From the human T2T-CHM13v2.0 reference genome, Homo sapiens, in NCBI RefSeq assembly GCF_009914755.1, contig NC_060926.1: a stretch of 64,000 bases of DNA. One strand, written 5' to 3'. The position numbers and the translations under genes were made by a program. The notes under the pieces are model-generated. The model saw only the letters and a program-made list of their open reading frames with translations. It ran no database searches and was not told where the DNA came from. Positions 52,766 to 64,000 of the stretch are shown here, one piece after another. The first letter of the stretch is position 1. Each line of letters begins with the position of its first letter.

Positions 52766-53748
52766 TAGCCAGGATGGTCTCGATCTCCTAACCTCGTGAT
52801 CCACCTGCCTCGGCCTCCCAAAGTGCTGGGATTACAGGCGTGAGCCACCATGCCCGGCCTAAAGTCTTCTTTATTAAAGATTACACAAATAAAGACCATT
52901 CTGTTTTGGGCTGCCTTTATAGTTTTGCAACCCCTATGCCAAATTTTGACACCTTATATTATTTGGCAGAGATAAGTAGGAAATTGCTTGATTAACAAAT
53001 GCAAACAAAAATGGATGCTGGCAAATTCTTAAGACATTTCTAGTATTATTTTACCAATGATTTAAAATCCAGCGTATTAAAGATTTGACTTAAGTGGTGT
53101 GAACTTGAAGGGCATTTGACTAGTCTTTTTTCTTTAGTATCTAAGTACTTTTATTTTTTAAGCCAATTAATTGAGCTCCTTTATATATTTTTACTAGTGA
53201 AACATTGTGTACACAACACATAAATACATAGACATATTAGGCACACTGATAGAAGTACATCTTACTGATTTATAAAGACTTTTTCTTTCTTTATCTCAGA
53301 CTTTCAGATTCTTAATAACCTGTTTCAGAACCCTAGGCAGTTGTTAGCTAGTCTTAAATTTGCATATTAAAGGAAACAACTCTGGTGAAAATCAAATAGC
53401 AAAATTTACAACATATGATATGGAGAGAACAAGTCTGGTGTGCTAGAGGGAGGTTAAAGATGGATGCCAAATCAAACATAAAATTATAAAAATCTACCAT
53501 TGGATTATATAAGGAGACCAATTTTATTTAGACAGGGACTACCTATATTGTAACTGGACCTGAGCTCTGGGCAGAGCCCACACTGAATCCTGGGTTTCCA
53601 AAAAGGGAGAATTATTATGAGGCTGGATCATGTGATGCTTTTACAGTGCACTTAATTTTTTTTTTAAACAAAGACGTTTCTAAGTGTCTAAACTACACTC
53701 TTCTGTAAAAACCCAAGAGTAGCCTGTTTCAAATAACTATTTTAGTCA

Positions 53749-53931
<183 letters not shown>

Positions 53932-54662
53932 TTAGCCAGGCGTGGTGGTGGGCACCTGTAATCCCAGCTACTCAGGAGGCAGAAGCAGGAGACTCGCTTG
54001 AACCTGGGAGGCAGAGGTTTATTGAGCTGAGATTGCACCACTGCACTCCAGCCTGGGCAACAAAGATGAAACTCCGTCTCAAAAAAAAAAAAAAAAAAGC
54101 TGAGACGAACTTGTCTGTTTACACATTTGGGGTTCCATGGGAACCCAAAGGGAGTCTGGCACCTTCTTGGTTTTCTTTAAGGAACCCCAGTCTCTTATAA
54201 ACTATTTTAGGTCTCTCGTGCAGCAGAGGGTGCAAGATAAAGGAGAGACAGCAGAAGTAAATAAAGAAAAACAGACCTCAGTCAACTGAGAAAAAACAAA
54301 AAACTTTTGCTCAAAAAAAGGACAAGGTCCTAGGAGAGACAAAAAACCCAAAAACATGAAGAACATGAAGAAGGCCTTTTAAATACACACACACACACAC
54401 ACACACATCCCTTGGATGTTAGCTTTTAATTAAGCTGACTTTAACAGTTGAGCTCCTTTAAAAAAATGTTTTTAAATCTCATTACCATATTTCACCTGCG
54501 ACAAATTGCTGCTGTTTCAGAAATACAGACATTGCTCTTTCAATTTGGTCTGGCTAGCAAAAAGGTGGTCTTGTTATGTAAATAAAGTCCCTTTAGTAGT
54601 CAAAATAAAAAATATTTCCTCTTTTTTTTTCTTTTGGCTGGCATCTTTCTCCCCCACCACAC

Positions 54663-54700
<38 letters not shown>

Positions 54701-57700
54701 GGGGGGGATCTTAACCATCTGAGAGGTCTTGTTCCCAATAATTTGGAACTTTTCTTCAGATTTGATAAAGTTGGATAGAGTTGGTCAAACCCAATGGGAA
54801 AAAGACTGAAAAAACAACAAAAACAGAGACAAACAACAACAACAACAAACAGTTCAGTAAAACAAACAATCACACAACTATATGATTCCTGAGTGCTCTA
54901 ATGGTAAGGAGAAATTAAGACCAGCTGGTTGATAACTTTAGCCAAGACAGAACCCCAATTCGGCTACTTAACCTAGGGATGGGTCTCAGGCTGATACTCT
55001 CTACCATCTTAGAAGCAGGAAAAAAAGAAAACCTCATCTTCCCTGTTGGAAACAATCTCAAACTCCATAAAGGAGTTACCTGCCTTCCATCGTCATGGAA
55101 GCAGGAGAACTGGCCCTCCTTGTTGGAAGCAAGTAAAACTCCAAAAAAATAGGGAGTTGTACAGCAAAATAAACTTTAGATCTTGACCAAATTTTGGGAG
55201 ATCAGGGATTTTTTGGAGGGGGTGCTCCCAGACCTCAGCAAATTGTCCTATTGGTTTGAGCCATAAAGTTAGCTCATGTCAGTACCAAGCTCCGATAGGA
55301 GGTTTGCCAAAGGTCAGGGACATCTCCACCCAGAATCCCTCCATGGTTACCGAAATGCAAACCCTGAAAATTTGAGATAGGTCTACAAAAGGAAAATATC
55401 TTGGGCCCCTGAAATCACTAAGCTAAAGCAAAATGTCAAACTGGGAACTGCTTAGGGCCAACCTGCCTCCCGTTCTCTTCAAAGTCTCCCCTCTGCTCAC
55501 TGAGACAAATGCATATCTGATTGCATCCTTTGAAGAGGCTCATCAGAAACTCAGAGAGGGTAATCAGAAACTCAAAAGAATGCAACTGTTTGTCTCTTAT
55601 CTACCTATGACCTGGAAGCCCTTCCCTGCTTCAAGTTGTCCCATTTTGCTTCTAGTTGTCACACCTTCCCAGACCAAACCAATGTTCATCTTGCATATGT
55701 TGATTGATGTCTCATGTCGCCCTACAATGTATACATAAAAAAAAGCTAAGCTGTGCTCTGACTACCTTGGACACATGTGGTCAGGACTTCCTGAGGCTGG
55801 CAAACAAATGCGCATCGTCAACCTTGGCGCAATAAGCTTTCTAAATTAACTGAGACGTGTCTCAAATTTTTAGGTTCACATTTTGGTAACCACAGAGGGA
55901 TTCTGACCTTTGACAAATCTATTGGTGCTTGGTATTGGCATGAGCTAACTTTATGGCTCAAATCAATAGGATAATTTGCTGATGTCCGGGAGCACCCCCT
56001 CCAGAGACTCCCTAATCTCCCCAAATTGGTCAAGATATAAAGTTTATTTTGCTGTACAACTTCTCCTCCTTTTTTTTTTTTTTTTTGGAGTTTTACTTGC
56101 TTCCAACAAGGAGGGCCAGTTCTCCTGCTTCCATGACGATGGAAGGCAGGTAACTCCTTTATGGAGTTTGAGCTCACTTCCAACAGAGAAGATGAGTTTC
56201 TTTTCCTGCTCTAGGATGGTAGAGAGCTGTTTTCAACCTGAGACCCTTCCCTAGGTAAGTAACTGAACTGGGGTTCTGTCTTGGCTAACGTGACAACCAG
56301 CTGGTCTTAATTTCTCCTTTCCGTCAGAGTGCTCAGTGATATATTGTTGGGGATTTTGTTGTCGTTGTTTGTTCTTGTCTTTCTCTAATTGGATTTGACC
56401 AACTCAGCCTGACTTGGTCAAATCCGAGTGAGAATTCCAAATTGTGGGTAACAAGGCCTCTCTAATTTGGCTAAAATTCCTTGCAGCTGCAAAGGGGGAA
56501 GAATGATCAAACATAAAACCACGTGTTTGCTTTCTGTCTTAAAAAAGCAATTGTCCCTTCATTTACTTTTCTTCCACCCCATACCTCCTTCCCCCTTTGC
56601 CATCTCCAGTACCAAGGACTCTAGAGAAGGCTTCTAATGACTTGAACCCCTTTAAATAATTCAGAACAAGGGCACCACTCACCGCTTTTGGGGTGTTCTG
56701 TCTTCATTGTGGAGTTTCAAGAGTCATGGGCAGGTTCTTCTTAGGTCTAAAGCTCTGTTTTCCTGTATTGCATTACCTGACCTCTTTGGCTTTGGGGGGT
56801 ACCATAGATGACCTTGCACTGTGAGAGGATTTGACCTCGGCGTGTATAATGGCAGATGAGAGCTACAAAGTTATGGGTGGCTGAATACAGTTTACAGGAA
56901 GTGGTCTTGGCTGTATTTTTTTTTTCTTTTCTCTCCTAGGAGGTTGTTGTTTAAGGATCCTAATTCTAGTTTGAAGATGCATTCTAAAGGGTCTTCTTTA
57001 TTGCTTTTCTCCCAACATTAATCTCAGTTTGGTTTGTCTGTGTGCATTTGTGCGAGGAACTGAACTGAACTGTTGTTTTCATAGGTAAATGAGAGACTGA
57101 GTTTTTCAGCTCCAAAGAGAAAAGGTATCTGCTTCTCCCAGCCAAAGGTGCCCCTGGGTGACCAGGGGGCCTCGTGGGAGTGTCTAGGGGGTTGACCCCT
57201 GCTGTGACATGCAGCAGCCCTTCAGGGAAATCCCCTCAAAAGTTAATTTAAAAATAGTTCATCCAGGAAACGCATGTAAAGGCTGATCACCCAGCGTTTT
57301 GAGCCCTCTCTGAGGTCATAGACCTCTGGAGAGAGAAACTGAGACTCATAAGAGGGCAGAAGTGACTCAGTGGTGACACACTGTGGAGTCCTGCCCACAA
57401 GCAGCACACATCAATCCACTACACAAAAACCTAGGCCACAGCTCAGTTCCTCCTTTTAAGAAAAAAAAAAGTGGGAAACAAATAATCCAAGAATGAGGAG
57501 AAAACACAGAGAATGATCCCCTTTTGAGCACTCTGTAGGGTTTAAGGCACATCTACTTGCCAGAGTAAAATGGAAGTAAGACAGTCTTTGTGCACATTTA
57601 CATTAAGGAAAAAAGAGCCCTAACGTCGACCCCAAACCAATAGAGTTCTTACGTCCCCTTTTCCCCATTTTCTTTTCTGCCTGCTTTAAATCTGCTGTTA

Positions 57701-58106
57701 CCTTTCTAGTGAGATAAAAACCACTGTTTCGATCTAGCAGGTCTTTTTTTGCAAGCCAGTGAACTTATATTTATCTCATGGCTAAAGTACTGAAGTAAAA
57801 GCTATAGAATCTTTGTGTGTGTGTATGTGTGATGTATATGTCTGTGTGTGTGTATAGTTGAAGGCCCTTATAATAGACTTATATAATTTTATGTTCAATT
57901 GGCAATTAAATCTGCTTTAGTTTCCCTCTAGCTCACCAGACTTTCTCTTCGTACCTTACTATGTAAATTTTGCTATTTGATTTTCACCTGAGTTATTTCC
58001 TTTAATATGCAAATTTAAGACTATTTAGCTGACAATTGCCTTAGGGTTGTGAAACAGATTATCAAGAATTTGAAAGTCTAAGATAGGGAAAAAAATATGG
58101 TCTTTA

Positions 58107-58271
<165 letters not shown>

Positions 58272-59011
58272 TCAGCTACCTGGGAGGCTGAGGCAGGAGA
58301 ATTGTTGGAACCCGGGAGGCAGAGGTTTCAGTGTGCCGAGATTGTGCCACTGTACTCCAGCCTGGGCTGATAACAGTGAGACTCCATCTCAAAAAAAAAA
58401 GAAAGAAAAAATGTACTTCTATCAGCATGCCTAATATGTCTATGTATTTAGATTTCATAGGTAAATGAGAGACTGAGTTATAACATATGTTATGGAAAAC
58501 TCCTATAATTCTGATATAACTTAGTATGCTTTATCAATAACAATTATAATTGTTATGTTAAGTTATTGTATGCCACAGAGGAAACAAATTTCCTTGTCAA
58601 TTGTGTCTTTGACTATGGTTGCCCTAAAACTTTTTGTCATCCACGGACATTTGTTGTCTTGTTTTGGTCCTCCTTAGAAAGTGGTTTTGTAATCAGCTAT
58701 AGAACTCTAACAGGTGTTCTTACATATAGGATTCTGATAACTTTGGGGATTGTGGCATTAGAATAGAGAAAGAAACTTTCCAGACTCTCATGGAGAGCAG
58801 AAATGTTCATGAATATCAAGCAGAACAGGAGTTAACTGTGTAAACTGAACTGATAGAAGACTAAAGAATCTTTTTGACCTTTGCTTTAAATGTTGCTGAT
58901 TCTTTCTTTTGTATTTTTCAGAGCTGAGAAAACTTTTCTTTTGAGCTATTGACAGCTTTTTACAATTCAGTATACTCCTATGAACAAAATTTGGGGTATA
59001 TTTGTTTCTCT

Positions 59012-59763
59012 TAAGGACTAAGCTCTGATTTTGTATCTTGCCCAAATTCCTATCTAAGAGGTCTGGGGAGTCGTGTCCTACAAACCATAAATTCTCATCA
59101 GATGGCTTTTATTTGACCCTGTATATCATGATTTACTTTCCAATCTGAGTCTGGCATAACAAGGAAGAAAATAACAATGTTTTACCCCAAAATATATTTC
59201 CTTGTCATACCTTGAAATTGCCCTACAGCGTCTCTTGTGGGAAAAATCCACATTCTATAGAGAATCACCTTTCTCCTTTGTTTTCCTTTCTTCTCAGATC
59301 CAGGAGATAATCAATTAAGAGCCAGGCACCCTTTTAGGTCTGATGAGAAACATTTTACAACCTGCTCTCTCTTTGAAGTCTGCTATCTGAGAGCTCCCTC
59401 TCTGCACAATAAAACTTGGTCTCCACAATCCTTTACCTTAACCTGAGCATTCCTTACTATTGATCCCAGGTCTTCAGATAAACTCAACCAATTGTCATCC
59501 AGAAAATGTTTAAATTTCCCTGTAGTCTGGAAGCCCCTGCTTTGATTTGTCCCACCTTTCTCAATCAAAACAATGTATTTCTTAAATGTATTTGATTGAT
59601 GTCTCATGTCTCCCTAAAAATGTTTTAAACCAAGCTGTACCCCTACCAACTTGGGCACATGTTCTGAGGACCTCCTGAGGGCTGTGTCATGGGCCATGGT
59701 CACTCATTTTGGCTCAGAATAGATCTCTGCAATTATTTTACAATTTGACTCTTTTTGTCGACA
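59012..59763 (+). mobile_element. MER4E-like solo LTR nested in provirus B
   Basis: Starts taaggactaagctctgatttt, ends tgtcgaca; 4-bp TSD ctct; host sequence resumes in register. Confidence 0.75.
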
Positions 59764-60383
59764 CTCTCTACCTGGTTTCCCCAGAATTTGGAAACTATTT
59801 GTGAGTATTTTTAATTTATGGGAGTACAGTTATTTGTATAAGTGCAATAAGAATTTGTTTTCATTTTGCAGCAGGACACAATTGGAGAAACTGGTTACTC
59901 CAATGTACTAAGGCTTTGACTGGAATGGTGAGCTTTCATTTAAGGAATCAAACTTGACTTATGGAGCCAATGAAAGCCCCTTGGAAAAACTGGCCTCATA
60001 CCTTTGTCTACAGAGTCCCTGTACAGGGTTCCTGACCTGTGGCAAGAAAAGAATATCACTTTCTGACAGGTCCAGGAGCCCCAGGTTTATCCTGGAACCT
60101 CAAGCGATGAGGATGACTCAACTCATAGGTATTTGATGGCACAAATTCGTGGCTGGGCTCGGCTTTAAAAAAGTCTTATCTGAGATTCCTCCTATGGAGC
60201 AATGTTCCATCAAAGCCAATTTAAAAGCCTATGTAAAAAGTAATTATTCTTGCTGCACTGTATACAAATAATTAGGCCAAGTATAATAAAGCAAACCAGT
60301 CTTACCATGATTTGTCTTTAGTGAAAATGGGAAACTGGAGAGAGAAAAATTATGTTTCAATACTATGGTACACCTATTTTTAG

Positions 60384-60889
<506 letters not shown>

Positions 60890-61282
60890 TAAAATCTAAG
60901 CTGTGCTTTCTTAAAGCCCTGCAAACTGAAGCCAGACAACTTAAACTTCAGAAGAAAATAACAGCAACCTATTTTCATACATAAGCCACTTTCATGGCCT
61001 ACCAATGTATGGACTTTAAAGTTATGTGGCCTATATCGATTTTTGCAGGATTATTCTTTGGTTTGTTGTTGTTTTCTTTCTTCCTCCCCCTATTTTCTCT
61101 TCTAGGACATGAGACTTCACAACCTGCTAAAAATGAGCTTTCCTAATAACTTAGGACCTGCCCATCTAGGAATAAACCATCCTAGCCATGAGAGATCAGA
61201 TGAAACCTGGGACCAGAGACTCATTTTCTTCTAAAATCTTGGAGAGCTTTCTCCAAGATTTTAAAGAGAAAACGGGGGGAAA

Positions 61283-61730
61283 TGTGAAAGGAAAAGATCT
61301 TGAGCCCCCAGATCACTATAAGCTAAAGGGAGGAGTCTAGCTGGGAACTGCTCAGGGCAAACCTGCCCCCCATTGTATTCAAAGTCTCCCCTCTGCTCAC
61401 TGAGATAAATGTGTATCTGACTGCCTCCTTTGGAGAGGCTCATCAGAAACTCAAAAGAATGCAACCATTTGTCTCTTACCTGCCTGTGACCTGGAAGTCC
61501 CCTCCCCACTTGGAGTCTTCCTGCCTTTGCTTCGAGCCGTCCTGCCTCTCCAGACCGAACCAATGTTCGTCCTGCATATGCGGACTGATGTCTCATGTCT
61601 CCCTACAATGTATAAAGCCAGACTGTGCCCTGACCACCTTGGGCACACGTCATCAGGACCTCCTGAGGCTGGGTCATGGGTGCGCGTCCTCACCCTTGGC
61701 AAAGTAAGCTTTCTAAATTAACTGAAACCT
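61283..61730 (+). mobile_element. MER4A1-like LTR (outer right), lacking its last about 22 bp
   Basis: Near-identical reverse complement of 47148-47595. Confidence 0.88.
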
Positions 61731-61834
61731 ATGAACCTCCCAAATCTGAGACAGGTCTCAGTTAATTTAGAAAGTTTATTTTGCCATAAAGTTCATCCAT
61801 GTCCAGCGAGCTGGTCAGAAGGAACCGCAGGGGG

Positions 61835-62348
61835 ATGTGTGTGTCCGTGTGTGTGTATGTGTATGTATCTGTATGTATGTGTGTGTATTGTGTGTGTATG
61901 TATGTATTGTGTATGCATGTGTGTGTATATGTATGTATACATGTACGTGTGTATATTGTGTACGTGTATGTATGTACTGTGTATGCGTGTGTATGTGTAT
62001 GCATGTGTATTATATGTACATATTGTGTATGTGTGTGTATATGTATGTGTGTATTGTGTTTATATGTATGTGTGTATATGTATGTATGTGTATATGTGTG
62101 CGTATATGTGTGTATGTATGTATATGTGTATATGTGTGTGTATTGTGTGTGTACATATTGTTTGTGTGTACATATTGTGTATGCGTATGTGTGTGTATGC
62201 ACGTATTGTGTATGTGTGTGTATATGTGTATGTACGTATTGTGTATGCATGTGTGTATGTGTGTATATGTATGTGTGTGTGTATTGTGTATGTGTAGTGT
62301 GTATTATTTGTGTGTGTGTGTATTGTGTGTGTATGTTTGTGTGTGTGT
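61835..62348. repeat. Long imperfect (TG/TA)n purine-pyrimidine tract
   Basis: About 510 bp of tgtg/tatg units. Confidence 0.95.
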
Positions 62349-62467
62349 TTAATCCTGGAGTGTAAAAAACCATCGCCATAAGAATTTGCATGAGTCTTCC
62401 TCATAGTCAACAAGGTTTCTAAAACCAGAAGTTCCCTGAGCTGGAGATGGGATGTCTTAAGTCGGTT

Positions 62468-62776
62468 TTGTTGTTGTTGTTTGTTTATTTTTTGAGACAG
62501 AGACTGGCTCTGTGACCCGGGCTAGAGTGTGGTGGTGAGATCAAGGCTCACTGCAGCCTCGACCTCCCTGGCTCAGGTGATCCTCCTGCATCAGCCTCTT
62601 AAGTAGCTGGGACCACAGTCCGGAGCCATCACACCTGGCTAATTTTTGTATTTTTCGTAGAGATGGGGGTCTCACTATACCACCTAGGCTGGTCTTGAAC
62701 TCCTTGACTCAATTGATCTTCTCACCTCAGCCTCCCGAAGTGCTGGGATCACAGGTGTGAGCCACCACACCTGGCC
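62468..62776 (-). mobile_element. AluJ-like element
   Basis: Diverged Alu consensus. Confidence 0.8.
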
Positions 62777-63439
62777 AAGACTTTTATTACCCCTCATTTT
62801 AGATATTTTGTGGGTTCTTACTGAGAAGTTGCAGAATTCTCCCCGAATGCCCTGGGAACTGCTGTCCTGCAGGCGCTCACAGCTCACCGGGTTGTGCTCG
62901 CAGGGCCGAGGCCTGGTGCCTCAAGCTGTCCCCTCTGTCCCCACTGGAACTGGGCCAGTGCCTCCCAGGCCTCTCTTCTCTTTCTTTTGGGGAGCCTCAG
63001 CGACTTGCTGGGGCCATTTGTCTGGGGCTGGTGCACTGTGGCCCCTGATGGCCCTGCCTGATCAGGAACCATCAGCCCCACCAACCTGCCCAGAGCTGGA
63101 AAGCCAGACCTTCTGGGCGCTCCCAGTGAGGCAGCAGGTCAGTGGCCTCCAAGCCCCGAGGCTCCAACAGCAGGAAGTTTGAGGCTCTTTGGGAACGACT
63201 GAGCTACTCTGGCAACCCCCAGAGCAAAGGCAGCAGGGCCTGGCCGCAGTCCCCACGGTTGTGAGTCCCATAAGGCAGCTTTAGCTTGAGGGGAGGGTCT
63301 TTGGGGACTTCAGGGAGCTCCTAAAAGCTAAGGGCACTTGAAAGCAATGTCAAATGGTTTATAATTTTTGGCAATATTTCATTTTCCCTCCACAATCGTC
63401 AGCTTTCAAGGTTTTTAGCAGCTGAACTCTTGAACATTT

Positions 63440-63560
63440 TTAATTGATTTTTTATTTTTTTAACAGCCTTATTGAGATGCAATTCACACACTAAAGAATT
63501 TACCCAATTAGAGTGCACAATTCGCTGGTTTCTAGTAAATTCCCAGTAGTGCAGCCACAG
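63440..63560 (-). mobile_element. L1MB-like 3' end fragment
   Basis: aacagccttattgagatgcaattcacac resembles the antisense L1MB terminus. Confidence 0.5.
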
Positions 63561-64000
63561 GCTCTCCTTAAAGAATGTGTAACAATGTGTAACTCCTGCG
63601 TGTAAGGACAGAAACACCATCTCTCTGCTTGGTGGAACACATCACCCATTTACTGCCCCACGGTGCTCTGGGTCGGTCACGGGCACCTGTGGCTGGGCTC
63701 ACCTCCTGGGTCCCCAGGTCACCCCCTTCCCGGTTGCTCCAACACTGACCACCCTACCTGACCCCTGCAGGTGTGGGACCAGCAGGTCTTTTGGCAAAAG
63801 GGAAGAGCCCGCCTTGAGAAGGCTGTAGCATTTCTCTGGAAACGTCATTGTTTTAATTGGGCAGTTGCAAAGAACAGAGACAGATTCATGCTGCCGCAAG
63901 GCCAAGGGGGGTATTGTAAGTGTGAAAGCAGCATCTCAAACAGATGGCCAGTGCGTCCCATAAAAGTGCAGAGGGGCTATAAAAGTGCAGAGTGAGGGGC

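Noticed and set aside
61731-62413. VCMY-rich and THIY-rich ORFs
   Set aside because: Translation of the TG/TA simple repeat

Overview
Human (primate) genomic DNA recognisable as the 2q37.3 D2HGDH-GAL3ST2 locus. The complete D2HGDH gene (mitochondrial D-2-hydroxyglutarate dehydrogenase) lies on the + strand. It has a CpG-island promoter, a non-coding exon 1 and nine coding exons with GT-AG boundaries that join into a 1566-nt ORF (521 aa plus stop). Downstream is the first coding exon of GAL3ST2 (MMSMLGGLQR), whose intron 1 runs off the window. The rest is Alus, MaLR/ERV LTRs, DNA transposon relics and many GC-rich minisatellites; nearly all ORF-track entries are repeat artefacts. The most unusual structure is about 14.6 kb in GAL3ST2 intron 1: two head-to-head MER4-type proviruses whose outer inverted LTRs are about 99% identical while the adjacent internal sequence I compared is only about 85% identical, which suggests gene conversion or recurrent inversion. 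Also notable is a 17-copy minisatellite that amplified the CCAAT/GT-box promoter core of an MLT2 LTR in D2HGDH intron 9. No CRISPR or other prokaryotic system is supported. Repeat family names come from my recognition of consensus sequences, not from a database search.
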